A stretch of DNA of 64,000 bases from Candidatus Nomurabacteria bacterium (GCA_020632155.1 JACKGE010000002.1:91685-155684); one strand, 5' to 3'. Shown: positions 39,896 through 49,449, counted from the stretch's first letter. Program-made: numbers and translations. Notes: a model not told the origin generated them from the letters alone.

Positions 39896-40901
39896 TTTTT
39901 ATTTCTTCAGCTTGCAAACGCTTTAGTGTGCGACGATAGTAAAACAGAGCAAACAAAGAGACCAAAATAATGATACCTCCTGCAATGAACAAACCGGCGC
40001 TAACAAAGTCTCTTTCGCTGTATCCGCGCAACTCTTCACTTGGTACCAATACAGCGACATACTCATTACCAGCTTTATCAACCGCCTTAACGCGGATAGT
40101 GCTATTGAGCGACTGGTCCTTCAACAGATACGGGCTCTTACCAGTGATCCACGGTGCATCTGCGCGACCCCAAGCAAACAGGTCAAACTGATCGAGTGGC
40201 TCCTCTATGAGTTCATAGTGGTCAAGGCCGGACTGTTTGTCGGTAGTATTAAAAGTTATGAAGTAACGGCCGCCGTAGATGGACTTGTCGTTACTAAGGG
40301 TGATGTTAAAACTCTGTGGTGGTAACTCGTCAGCCACAACCCGCTGCTGCCAGTCATCAATCGGCTGCGGCCGTGGTCGTTTTCCTACCAAAAGATCTGC
40401 GCCGAGGGCCGAAAGCGGGGCTTGTGTGCCAAATCCATCATTTAAGTACACTGCCGTTTCCGGACCAAACGCAACTGTTGCAAGGCCGTCATTGCTACCC
40501 GCGCCTACTGAAAAACCTGGCGCTTGAAACATAAGTTCGAACAGCACGTTGGTGAGTCTTGGATCACCATCAATTCGTCCGCAGTAACCATTCGGGATCC
40601 CGCCTGCAAAAGTCACCTGATGATTAACGCTATCGATTGTCGGTTCTTCTACCCAGATCGGTACGATCGAGTTGCCACGCGCAATATCAGCCAGTACAAC
40701 ATTCGCTTCGTATGTGATAACACCACTAATGACGTTTACACACTCACCGTCGTCGGTATCAAGGCGCACCGCAACCGCACGGGTATCTCCTGGATACACT
40801 TCTAGTTCTTGCGGCTCCATGTAGAGTGTGGCTGCATACACGGGCACAACTCCAAAAAACAATCCAGCAAAGACCACTGCTTTTACTGCTGAGCGAAGCA
40901 T
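39888..40901 (-). CDS. cohesin-like surface protein with C-terminal TM anchor
   Basis: The likely start is MLRSAVKAVVFAGLFFGVVPVYA (signal). The cohesin-like domain is ATLYMEPQELEVYPGDTRAVAVRLDTDDGECVNVISGVITYEANVVLADIARGNSIVPIWVEEP. The C-terminal anchor is TM LFIAGGIIILVSLFALFYY + RRTLKRLQAEEIKNE, and there is an 8-nt overlap with the downstream gene. Confidence 0.55.
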   Translation of the reverse strand: MLRSAVKAVVFAGLFFGVVPVYAATLYMEPQELEVYPGDTRAVAVRLDTDDGECVNVISGVITYEANVVLADIARGNSIVPIWVEEPTIDSVNHQVTFAGGIPNGYCGRIDGDPRLTNVLFELMFQAPGFSVGAGSNDGLATVAFGPETAVYLNDGFGTQAPLSALGADLLVGKRPRPQPIDDWQQRVVADELPPQSFNITLSNDKSIYGGRYFITFNTTDKQSGLDHYELIEEPLDQFDLFAWGRADAPWITGKSPYLLKDQSLNSTIRVKAVDKAGNEYVAVLVPSEELRGYSERDFVSAGLFIAGGIIILVSLFALFYYRRTLKRLQAEEIKNE

Positions 40902-41125
40902 AATAATTGAATTATACGTTACTAGGCCCGTAGTAAACGTCTGCAAATGTGCACAAAGAAAACCGGATAAACGAAAGCACAAATCTTTTGTAAGTTAGTT
41001 AGAACTGTCTCTGTGACCAAACACGGTGGCCGTTGTGACGCCCTCTATTTTCAGGATTGTGGTTGTAAGCCGGCCCACCGCGTTAGAAGGTTGCGTATTT
41101 TGATAATTTTAATTCCCAAAATACG

Positions 41126-41160
41126 AAAAACCCCTCTCGTGGTGGGAGATAGGGTTTTCG
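41126..41160 (-). terminator. rho-independent terminator of the 387-aa secreted-protein gene
   Basis: AAAACCC(C)TCTC-gtggtgg-GAGA(TA)GGGTTTT; on the minus strand it is followed by TTTTTCGTATTTTGGG. Confidence 0.55.
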
Positions 41161-41173
41161 TTGCTCAAAGCTG

Positions 41174-42337
41174 TTAGAACGTTGGTGTTGCGATGTAGGT
41201 CAGTGTAGTTGAGTAGTCATCTGCTGCCTCTTGCAAAGCAGAGACCTCTACCTGATAGGCAACGGTTGTAGAACCGATGTTATCAGTAGTATTGTCTGCA
41301 ACACTATTGTGCGAGAAGATCTCACGCGGTGTAGTGCTAGCAGCTACCCAACATCCTCCAGTAAGTGCCGCAGCACAAGACTGGAAAGTACCACCACCGT
41401 CATCATGATCATCGCTTGAGGTCAAACCCCAGTGTCCGTAGGTTGCCGGTGAACCGACAACTGCAGACGGCGATGCCCAGTCAGACGGAGTGTTGGTGTA
41501 CGCCCCATCAGCAAATCCATCAATGACAGCACCAGTAGCTGAAGACAAGTCTCCATCTTGCTCAACAGTAACCACAAATCCGTAATTGGCGTTTGTGAGC
41601 ACGTTAAGCTGCTGACCTACCGTCACGACCTCATTTTGACCGAGTGTACCAAATGGTATCTCAGTTGCTGAAGAAGTGGCTGTAGTTGTTGTACCGTTGA
41701 TGTCGATACCAGTAGTGGCAAAACCACTGACGGTAAACTCAAACACAGTATCAACAGACGCTGTCACGGTAACGTTGTCGAGGATAGCCACGACTGCGGT
41801 ACCGCTATCATTGTTTGCTCCATCACCAGAAGTAATGTCAATATCATACGAATTGGCAGTACCTGGATTAGACATTTGGTTGGTACCTCCATCGGCGTTT
41901 GTACCGATCTTGATCGTAACGGTAGCGTTGGCGCCGATAGTACCAGCTGCTGAAGTAAACGTAAGGTCTTGCCCAGCAATACCTACGCCCCAGGTTGCTC
42001 CTGAAGGTGAACCCGCAAGGGTAACGTCCGAACCATTGACCTCAAGATCAATGTCGGCTACACCGACAGAACCAAATGAAAATCCTGCTGGAAATGAAAC
42101 AACGATCGTCTCACCCGCCTCGACGCCAGCAGAACCAGACGGAATGACGTACTGGATCTCGTGATCAGTCGCTGCACTGATATCAGAATCAGTGAGCGTA
42201 TCTTTCACGCTAGTGACGCGAGCTGCTTCGGCCGAGTTAAAGACCGGCAGGCCGAGCGACCACAGCAAAACTGTGATGCTGGCAATAAGTGAGATAGCTT
42301 GGAGCATTCGAACCGACGTTGGAGCGGTGCGAATCAT
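41174..42337 (-). CDS. secreted protein (387 aa) sharing C-terminal module with the 2124-aa protein
   Basis: The signal peptide is MIRTAPTSVRMLQAISLIASITVLLWSLGLPVFNSAEA. It is T/S/G/A-rich and beta-rich, and ends ...TPREIFSHNS...DYSTTLTYIATPTF (compare ...TPREVMYSS...VVYLAIPVF in the 2124-aa protein). Confidence 0.6.
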   Translation of the reverse strand: MIRTAPTSVRMLQAISLIASITVLLWSLGLPVFNSAEAARVTSVKDTLTDSDISAATDHEIQYVIPSGSAGVEAGETIVVSFPAGFSFGSVGVADIDLEVNGSDVTLAGSPSGATWGVGIAGQDLTFTSAAGTIGANATVTIKIGTNADGGTNQMSNPGTANSYDIDITSGDGANNDSGTAVVAILDNVTVTASVDTVFEFTVSGFATTGIDINGTTTTATSSATEIPFGTLGQNEVVTVGQQLNVLTNANYGFVVTVEQDGDLSSATGAVIDGFADGAYTNTPSDWASPSAVVGSPATYGHWGLTSSDDHDDGGGTFQSCAAALTGGCWVAASTTPREIFSHNSVADNTTDNIGSTTVAYQVEVSALQEAADDYSTTLTYIATPTF

Positions 42338-42487
42338 ATAAGCTCTCGTTGTATTAACCTACCACGTGCGCACAAGGCGCAAGAGCATCAACGCGTGGTG
42401 TGCGTCTTTTGGGTCAAGTCTCCACTCCCGACCCCGATGCTAGCGCAGTAAGTATATCTGCGTTCATAACACTCGGCTGCTAGTGTC

Positions 42488-42585
42488 TTCCAGCACCACT
42501 TTTTACAGCACGTCTACACATCCACACCGCCTATACAATACAGACAGCGAAACTAACAAACGTAACTGCAAAAAGTGGTGCTGGA
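42488..42585. repeat. 19-bp inverted repeat (1 mismatch) flanking a ~58-bp core in the 393-bp leader region
   Basis: CCAGCACCACTTTTTACAG at 42488-42506 pairs with CTGCAAAAAGTGGTGCTGG at 42567-42585. This may be a structured RNA in the 5'-UTR of the 387-aa gene or a MITE-like remnant. Confidence 0.4.
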
Positions 42586-42707
42586 CCAAGTGGTCTAAAG
42601 GCCACCTTTTGAAGCAGATACACTTTTATTGTAGCCTACTCACACAATGAAATGCGTATTCGTATTGTGAACAACATGTCGAAAGTCGTGTTTTTTAAAA
42701 CCAATGA

Positions 42708-42734
42708 ATAAAACCCTCCTAGAGAGGGTTTTAT
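42708..42734 (-). terminator. hairpin terminator overlapping the stop codon of the dockerin-protein gene
   Basis: ATAAAACCCTC-ctaga-GAGGGTTTTAT is a perfect 11-bp stem; a U-rich tract follows on the minus strand. Confidence 0.5.
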
Positions 42735-43846
42735 CCAGTCCAATTAAAGAGAAGGATCGAAAAGTCTTCAAGACCAACGTTGCCATTACCGTTTATGTCA
42801 GCTGGTGGATCAGAATCACCACCGCTTGTTTGCCACCAAAATATCAAAATAGAAAAGTCTATCAAGTTAATGCGACCATCCCGATTAAGGTCAGAAGGTG
42901 TCCCTGGTGAGCCGTCAATACCAACAAACAGCTGTAGTGAGCTACTATACGAACTTTGTGTCACTAAAGAGCCGCTACCACTCTGGTATCGGGCTTTTAG
43001 CACGTACTCAGCGGAAGAAAGTCCTGTGGTGTCATACGCAATCGACCAGTCACCTTGACTGTTGGCAGTATTCTCACCGATTTTGTTGCTACCTAAGTAA
43101 ACTGATACTGTGCGGCTCGGCGGTGCCTGACCGGAAATAGTAAGGATAGCACCGGGGTCGATAGTGGCGTCATTTACCTTGATGGTTGGTGGTAGGTACA
43201 CATCGTTTACATTGGTCACCGCTCCTTGGGTCACATCAAAGGTTGTTGTATACGTTATTGAGCGAGTACCAAACGCGTCCGTGGACCAAAAACCGATTGT
43301 GGCTGGTCCCGGGTCTGCGTTCATAGAAAATTCAAACTCACCGTTACTGGCAGCACGCACGGTACCAACCGAGTCACCGTCAAGCAAAATGTTAACGGTC
43401 CGCCCTGGGTATGCGATACCACTGACTCGCACCACGGTATCACCAAGATCTTCGTTTGAACCCCCTGAGGAGCGTGAACCGCCACCGCCGCTACCGCCAC
43501 CGCCGCTACCAGCAGGCTCAATGGTGCAGTCAGCGCCACAAAAGTCTCCGTCGTCGTTGTTACCATCGTCACATTCTTCCCCATGAACGGTCTGTAAAAC
43601 CCCGTCACCGCAGTACGGGCCAAAGCGGCATGTTACATCACACTGCCTACCGACAATGGTTGTGCTGTACTCACCCGTCTCGCCGGGCACATCACATTCC
43701 TCGGGAGCGGTAACAAGTGAGTCGCCGCAGTTGCTGATGCTAACTGTTGTGGTTGCGATCGATTGTGCAAACACTCCAACGCCGCCACTGACACATAATC
43801 CAAACAACGCAATACAGGCGAGTAGATACTTGTATAGCGCAGGCAT
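42731..43846 (-). CDS. secreted Cys-rich / Ig-like protein with C-terminal type-I dockerin
   Basis: Signal peptide, then a Cys-rich region (CGDSLVTAPEECDVPGE...CDVTCRFGPYCGDGVLQTVHGEECDDGNNDDGDFCGADC), then a Gly-Ser linker, then a beta domain. The dockerin segments are DLNRDGRINLIDFSILIFWW and DINGNGNVGLEDFSILLFNW. Confidence 0.65.
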   Translation of the reverse strand: MPALYKYLLACIALFGLCVSGGVGVFAQSIATTTVSISNCGDSLVTAPEECDVPGETGEYSTTIVGRQCDVTCRFGPYCGDGVLQTVHGEECDDGNNDDGDFCGADCTIEPAGSGGGGSGGGGSRSSGGSNEDLGDTVVRVSGIAYPGRTVNILLDGDSVGTVRAASNGEFEFSMNADPGPATIGFWSTDAFGTRSITYTTTFDVTQGAVTNVNDVYLPPTIKVNDATIDPGAILTISGQAPPSRTVSVYLGSNKIGENTANSQGDWSIAYDTTGLSSAEYVLKARYQSGSGSLVTQSSYSSSLQLFVGIDGSPGTPSDLNRDGRINLIDFSILIFWWQTSGGDSDPPADINGNGNVGLEDFSILLFNWTG

Positions 43847-43849
43847 AAG

Positions 43850-44824
43850 CTATGTCTTTTTTAGTGCACGACTAGATCTACGGGCATAAAGACCAGCTCC
43901 AATTAGCAAAAGCAGCGCAAGAAGCGGCAAAATGATCGAGGCCTTATGAGATAGTGAAAGGCCCATAAAACCGTAGCCCGCAACTTGTAAACTACCATAT
44001 GGCAACACGCTAAGGGTTAACTCTCCTTCTTGTTTGATATCATCACCATTTTTGATCTGGTAACGAGCGATATAACTACCCGCTTTGAGGTGGACCGGGA
44101 GTTCTGCAATGACATCGTCAGTAGCAAACGGTTCCACTCTTTTGATGCGATTTGTATGGGAAACTTCTTCAAGGAGCACTTTACCGGTAGCGTCATAAAT
44201 ATGGAATGATACTTCCGATGGTGCGACGTTGACGTTACCAGTGTTCTCAAGGGTCATTCCAAAACGGATCTTACCTGGAAAATATAGCCAGCCAACTTTA
44301 TGACCCTCGTTAAGATCCGGTAAACTGATCTTGCGAACTTTAAAGTCTTTGATCTCTTTATCGATCACGGTTAAGTCGATGTCAACCTGTGCTCCAAGAG
44401 AGATACTGACCGCACCAGCACTCACCTGATCATCCGGTGCTGCCGTTTTGATACGGATCACACCTTCATAACGCTTGAAGTCTACGCCATCTGGTACCAC
44501 TACACGTACCGTCATTGGCACTTTGGTCTCACCTTGTGGTAAAGGGATCGAGTCTCCTTCTACAATTGAGATCCAATCAGCAAACTCGGGAGCGTCAACG
44601 GTAATGAGCGCTTTAAGCGGCTTGTTTGGATCGCTACGCACCATTAATATCTGCTGCTCATAAACAGAGTTCCGCGTCAGGCTGGTATTACGCACATACG
44701 GGGGTGTAATACCAAAACCAGCATATACGTTCTGTGCCCCAAGCACAGTACAGAATATGCTGAAAAGAAAAAGTGCTAGCGTTTTCCTAAGCATGAAAAG
44801 TTGCGCCTCCGCGCTTGTTCTCAA
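43850..44824 (-). CDS. cell-surface protein, DUF916/DUF3324-like architecture (paralogue of 27571-28575)
   Basis: 324 aa with a signal peptide, two beta domains, and a C-terminal TM ILPLLALLLLIGAGLYA + RRSSRALKKT. Confidence 0.55.
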   Translation of the reverse strand: MRTSAEAQLFMLRKTLALFLFSIFCTVLGAQNVYAGFGITPPYVRNTSLTRNSVYEQQILMVRSDPNKPLKALITVDAPEFADWISIVEGDSIPLPQGETKVPMTVRVVVPDGVDFKRYEGVIRIKTAAPDDQVSAGAVSISLGAQVDIDLTVIDKEIKDFKVRKISLPDLNEGHKVGWLYFPGKIRFGMTLENTGNVNVAPSEVSFHIYDATGKVLLEEVSHTNRIKRVEPFATDDVIAELPVHLKAGSYIARYQIKNGDDIKQEGELTLSVLPYGSLQVAGYGFMGLSLSHKASIILPLLALLLLIGAGLYARRSSRALKKT

Positions 44825-44848
44825 TTATCAAAAAAAAACCGCAAAAAC

Positions 44849-44883
44849 GCAATAACCGCCGTTGGGATAACGGCGGTTATTGC
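44849..44883 (-). terminator. strong rho-independent terminator of the 616-aa gene
   Basis: Perfect 15-bp stem GCAATAACCGCCGTT-gggat-AACGGCGGTTATTGC; on the minus strand it is followed by GTTTTTGCGGTTTTTTTTTTGATAA. Confidence 0.75.
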
Positions 44884-44900
44884 GACAAACGAGCTGCGGT

Positions 44901-46751
44901 TTAGAGGCCCCATTCAGCTGGCTCACTAGCTACAGCTGTGAAAGTGTTTTCACCCGTATAGAGGCCAGCCAACGTGATCGTACCCGGAACTGCAATACCC
45001 CAGTAGGTTATGCCCGTAGCTTGAGTAGACGTGGCTTGAGATTTCAATACGTTAAGCTCCAGTTCTTGCGGAGTTGTTGAGGAAAGATCGGTACCTGATC
45101 CGTATGACAAGGCGGAGGTTCCAAACTCTTGTGAAAAATCAGGAATAGTTGAAGTGGCTGAAGATGTACACGGTGTCACGCCAGAATACGTTGGACACAT
45201 AGATGCTCCCGACAGCTCTTGGTCAAGACCAACGTTACCGGTTGCTGCAACAGTAGTAGTGGCAGATAACGTACCAGTGTCGGTGCCCGGTTCGAGCTCA
45301 CCGTACGGAATGGTGGCAGTGTTAAGAGCCATAGCGAGCAGGCTGTTGAGCTCTTGACCGGTCGAACCAACGCTGTACGTACCAGTAGCAAAGTCATCAT
45401 CAATTGGGCTTACTGCCGCTACCCAGTTTTCAGTGTTGTAGTACGAAACTGTTGAAGTGCCGTCTGTTGAGTCAGCAATGTACCAAAGTGGGAATGTACA
45501 ATCGTATATTTGAGTAGTGTCAGATGGACCAGTACAGCTGGTCGAAGAGGCGGTACACGAAAGGTTCCAAATAGCTGAACTGACCCCACTTGGGTAACAG
45601 TTGTTAGCATTGTACGAACCAGACGTACCATCACAGGTTGATGAACCAACACCGGAGCGGAAAACAGACAGTATGTATCCGGTAATCTCATCGCCAGCAG
45701 AGGCATTCTCACAACTGTTATTGTCAGTAGCAGTAAACTGAAGTGTAAAACCGGTAGTCTCCCCTGCTTCCTGTGTAAGTGTAATATCGGAACCACCATT
45801 AAGCGTTATGGCTGCTGGTGACACAGACGGAGCTACGTTACTGACAGACAGCGTTGAGTCTGAACCTTGGGTAGCACCAGTTGCCTCATGTCCATGTTCG
45901 TCAACAATGTATCCATACGCAGTATAGTCTTGGTCTTGGGTCGGGATAACTATTGTATATGAAGCCGTTTGGTCTCCGGTTGATAGTGTCGAGGTGGCTA
46001 GTGTGCCGCCCGCACCACACTGATTGGTGCTGGTGTTGTAATCTGGATCGTTACAAACAACAAGCTGCAGTGTGTCAGCCGTGTCTATAACGTCAGCGTC
46101 AGAGGAGCTGGCGTAGAAATTAACTACCGAACCCGGTCCAGCCGGTGAATCATCATAGAACAACGTGAACGTTGGTCGATGATTTACATAAAATGGCGAG
46201 GAGTTTGTGGCGTTTAAACCAGTACTGTAGGTTGAGTTACAACGCGCATTAGTGTCGATAGCGTCACAGATCCAAGCCACCCAATCATTCTCTTCCACAA
46301 AAGCTTCTGTAGTGGTTGTGGCGGCACTAGCCTGTACGCCACTGGCTGTGCTGGCAGAGACAGCCCATAGTGTTGCTCCGGCACCACACTGCGGATCGAC
46401 AACGCTCGTTCCCGGCGTTGGTGTAGCATTCGTACTACAAATGAGAAGCTGGTAGTTCTCACTGTTTGAGTCCGTCGCCGTACCGACCCATGTTACGGTG
46501 TCACCCGAGTTAGTTGGAGTTGAGGTGGAGGATTCCGTTTGCTCGTAAGCAAGCTCCGTCCATTGTGGCGGGGTGTTCAGCACCGTTACTGAAGTAGTAG
46601 CGGTACTTTGGGCCTCAACGGTTTTGAATTCTTTACTACCGAGGTTTAGCAAAAAAATGAACGCAAAAACGAGCACTCCCATGAGCGTCGTCAAAACCGT
46701 CACCTTTCCGGCTGTGCTAAGCGGCAGCTTGTGGCTCTCGTTGTACAACAT
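44901..46751 (-). CDS. secreted protein (616 aa) sharing an N-terminal repeat-type module and a ~300-aa C-terminal module with the giant 4232-aa protein
   Basis: N-terminal TM/signal. The C-terminal region (AAITLNGGSDITL...DNNSCENAS...WYIADSTDGTSTVSYYNTENW...GITYWGIAVPGTITLAGLYTGENTFTAV) is collinear with the giant protein's C-terminus (GAVTLNGGNDIDL...DNNSCYIS...YYFADPTDSGSTYDGQEW...EVYWGIAIPFGTASNPHTGNNTFYAI). Confidence 0.75.
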   Translation of the reverse strand: MLYNESHKLPLSTAGKVTVLTTLMGVLVFAFIFLLNLGSKEFKTVEAQSTATTSVTVLNTPPQWTELAYEQTESSTSTPTNSGDTVTWVGTATDSNSENYQLLICSTNATPTPGTSVVDPQCGAGATLWAVSASTASGVQASAATTTTEAFVEENDWVAWICDAIDTNARCNSTYSTGLNATNSSPFYVNHRPTFTLFYDDSPAGPGSVVNFYASSSDADVIDTADTLQLVVCNDPDYNTSTNQCGAGGTLATSTLSTGDQTASYTIVIPTQDQDYTAYGYIVDEHGHEATGATQGSDSTLSVSNVAPSVSPAAITLNGGSDITLTQEAGETTGFTLQFTATDNNSCENASAGDEITGYILSVFRSGVGSSTCDGTSGSYNANNCYPSGVSSAIWNLSCTASSTSCTGPSDTTQIYDCTFPLWYIADSTDGTSTVSYYNTENWVAAVSPIDDDFATGTYSVGSTGQELNSLLAMALNTATIPYGELEPGTDTGTLSATTTVAATGNVGLDQELSGASMCPTYSGVTPCTSSATSTIPDFSQEFGTSALSYGSGTDLSSTTPQELELNVLKSQATSTQATGITYWGIAVPGTITLAGLYTGENTFTAVASEPAEWGL

Positions 46752-46835
46752 ATATGCTATTAATATTTAAAGCTCCTTTATATTGTAGCGAATTTGTCAA
46801 AAATAGCCGATAAGTTATACACAGGCGGAAGATGA

Positions 46836-48044
46836 CTATTCATATCGAATGGCATCAAGCGGATTTAGTGTCGCAGCTCGCCGAGCCGGGAAAATACCCG
46901 TCAAATATCCCACTCCGGCGGAAAACATGGCGATAAAAAGCAAGAACATAAAAGGAAATGAGAACAATTTGACCGCTTGCCCACCGAACTGGCTGGCCAC
47001 CAAGTTAAGGAGGAGATTGATGGTACTACCCAGCACCACACCCATTATGATCCCCGAAAGGCCTCCCAAAAATCCCACCACGATGGATTCCGAGACGAAC
47101 AACCATTTGATGTCACTTGGTGAGGCACCGATAGTACGCATGATTCCGATCTCTTTGGTACGTTCAAGCAAGGTAACGGTCATAGTATTGAACATACCAA
47201 TAGCTGACACCACAAGCGCAATACCACCAAAGACTGCCAAGACTGCCTGCACACCTTGGAAGATCTTAGACGCTTGTTCTACTGTCTTTGAAAGCGCTGT
47301 CACGCGATACCCCGCTTCAATAAGCTGCTCTTCAACAGCGCCTAAAAACTCATTGGTATCAACACGGACCTGAATACGTTCGTATTCTTCAATGCCAACA
47401 TGGGAACGCAATTCCGGTAGCATCATAAGGGCGTTGAGCACACCCTCTTCTTTGGTAATACCACGCACGGTGTACTCTTTGTCGATCAATACCTCAGAAA
47501 CGTCACCAGTACCGTCATCAAGTGGAACCAACAAGCGAAATTTAACCTTTTGTCCGACAAAGGAAGCGGCGTCTTCTATACCAAAGAGTTTAAGTACTGC
47601 CGGAGAGAGCATAACAGTATTTTGATCATCAAGGTCTTCGTCGGTAAACACCTCACCAGCCGAAGCAGTGACACCGGCGTAGCGCAAATAAGCCGGTTCA
47701 GCACCCTGAATGAATACATTACCGGTAAGACCCTTATATGTAATAAGGGCTGGGAAACGAGCTAATGGAGCGGCATCAAGTACGTGCTCTTTTTGTTCAA
47801 ACTGTACTACCGTCTCTGATGTGAGTCTAAGATTTTGCGCGCCGGTCGCTGACACTCCAAGCGAAAGCAGTGTCTCACCAAACACGATCTGTTCGAGAAT
47901 GATCTGCTGCAAGCCAAAACCAAGCCCTACGAGGACCACCACCGCTCCAGTACCAACACCCATACCCAAAATAGTAAGCCATGTTCGGAGCGGATTGGTT
48001 TTGAACATTCGAGTCGAAAGTTGTGCGAGGTCTCGGGTACGCAT
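46836..48044 (-). CDS. ABC transporter permease, FtsX/MacB type (N-terminal TM, periplasmic MacB_PCD-like domain, 3 C-terminal TM)
   Basis: 402 aa. The topology and C-terminal FtsX-like TM bundle (IGIMRTIGASPSDIKWLFVSESIVVGFLGGLSGIIMGV...) match MacB/LolC-type permeases. Confidence 0.75.
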   Translation of the reverse strand: MRTRDLAQLSTRMFKTNPLRTWLTILGMGVGTGAVVVLVGLGFGLQQIILEQIVFGETLLSLGVSATGAQNLRLTSETVVQFEQKEHVLDAAPLARFPALITYKGLTGNVFIQGAEPAYLRYAGVTASAGEVFTDEDLDDQNTVMLSPAVLKLFGIEDAASFVGQKVKFRLLVPLDDGTGDVSEVLIDKEYTVRGITKEEGVLNALMMLPELRSHVGIEEYERIQVRVDTNEFLGAVEEQLIEAGYRVTALSKTVEQASKIFQGVQAVLAVFGGIALVVSAIGMFNTMTVTLLERTKEIGIMRTIGASPSDIKWLFVSESIVVGFLGGLSGIIMGVVLGSTINLLLNLVASQFGGQAVKLFSFPFMFLLFIAMFSAGVGYLTGIFPARRAATLNPLDAIRYE

Positions 48045-48050
48045 ACTGAA

Positions 48051-49373
48051 TTAACTCTTATAGCTTACATCAACACCTTGAGCAATAAGCTTTTCGAAGT
48101 AGCGAGTCAAAGAATCAGCTTCTTTCTCTGTCAAAGATAACCCTCCGGTTGTCACACCTTTACTCAAGGACTCATTAAAATCATCTTCACCAGCCACACC
48201 AGTGACTCGGTCAGCAATGAGCTCCACTAAATTCTCATCTTGTTTTTTAGACAACGTAAGGCGGTGACTATGCAGCAAATGGTCACGCATACGCTCTGCC
48301 AGTTGGTGTTGATTGAAAAAGAGAGTGTCGTGTCCTTGGCGCGCGCGAAAACGTCTGATGTCGTCTGCTTGTTTGATGATATTAAGTGAACGATCAGCCA
48401 TCTCTTTGGCTGTTTTTTCGTCCATGCCTACCCCTCCCTTTTCATACGGCAAAATAAGCGAACGAATAAAGGCTTTTTTATCCACTTTACCGGCAATAAG
48501 AAATCCAAGTGAGCGCTCTAGGCGAATTATTTGGTCAAACGTATACTCTTGGGTCAAGTAGTTGGTCATACTTTTGACGCGCAAGGTATCAACCGAGTCG
48601 TACGGATACAGACGAGCCAGTTGCTCAAGCTCAGTTACAATGGTCTCCCCTTCTTTGACCGGTTTGATCTGCTTGCGTTGTGGGTTTACGACTTCACGCA
48701 CGATAAAGCCGTCTTTCAGATAGTACACGCGATGGGCGTAAGAAAGGTGGGCAGCGTTGTGTGAGACCATGATAATGGTGCGCTTATCAAAGGTGTTGAT
48801 CTCATCTATTTTGTCCATCACTTGCTGAGTTGAGACCGAGTCTAGGTTACCAGTCGGTTCATCCGCCAAAAGAATTTTTGGATCATTAACCATGCTGCGA
48901 GAAACCGAGACACGTTGCTGTTGACCTCCCGAAAGCATGGCTGGGATCTTATGTGACACATGACCCACGCCAAAACGATCTAAGAGTGATTGTGCGCGTC
49001 GTTCACGAGTGGTCTTGTCAGCATCACAAAAGATCATTGGTAGTGCCACATTATCGAGCACTGACAATGATGGAATGAGATTAAACTGCTGAAAGATGAT
49101 GCCCATGACATACCGCTGGAAGTAGACTCGCTCTTCTGGCGGATATGAATAGATGTCGTCGCCACGAATAAGTAGCGTCCCTTCAGCCGGAGGCAGTGAA
49201 CCCTGAATGGCATACATAAGAGTGGATTTGCCGGAGCCAGATGCACCAAAAAGGATGATGTACTCACCCTCATAAATATCGGTATTCACGCCTTGCAGCG
49301 CCTTGAATTCGTTTGATTTACCTTTGTTGTACGTGATTGCAAGGTCACGACAAATAATAAGCGGTTTAGCCAT
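48051..49373 (-). CDS. ABC transporter ATP-binding protein (MacB/LolD-type NBD) with ~200-aa C-terminal extension of unknown function
   Basis: Walker A GASGSGKSTL, signature LSGGQQQRVSVSRSM, Walker B LLADEPTGNLD, and H-loop SHN. Residues ~235-440 are extra and alpha-helical/charged, with no recognised motif. Confidence 0.8.
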   Translation of the reverse strand: MAKPLIICRDLAITYNKGKSNEFKALQGVNTDIYEGEYIILFGASGSGKSTLMYAIQGSLPPAEGTLLIRGDDIYSYPPEERVYFQRYVMGIIFQQFNLIPSLSVLDNVALPMIFCDADKTTRERRAQSLLDRFGVGHVSHKIPAMLSGGQQQRVSVSRSMVNDPKILLADEPTGNLDSVSTQQVMDKIDEINTFDKRTIIMVSHNAAHLSYAHRVYYLKDGFIVREVVNPQRKQIKPVKEGETIVTELEQLARLYPYDSVDTLRVKSMTNYLTQEYTFDQIIRLERSLGFLIAGKVDKKAFIRSLILPYEKGGVGMDEKTAKEMADRSLNIIKQADDIRRFRARQGHDTLFFNQHQLAERMRDHLLHSHRLTLSKKQDENLVELIADRVTGVAGEDDFNESLSKGVTTGGLSLTEKEADSLTRYFEKLIAQGVDVSYKS

Positions 49374-49449
49374 AAAGAACGTTCACCAGTTTGGTACCTA
49401 TATCCTATCATCACCACTGCCGTATACAGGATAGTGAAACTGTATAACA

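Noticed and set aside
46766-46790. Sigma70-like promoter TTGACA...TACAAT upstream of the 616-aa gene.
   Set aside because: The hexamers are only 7 nt apart, where ~17 are needed, and no properly spaced alternative was found. The region is left uncalled.
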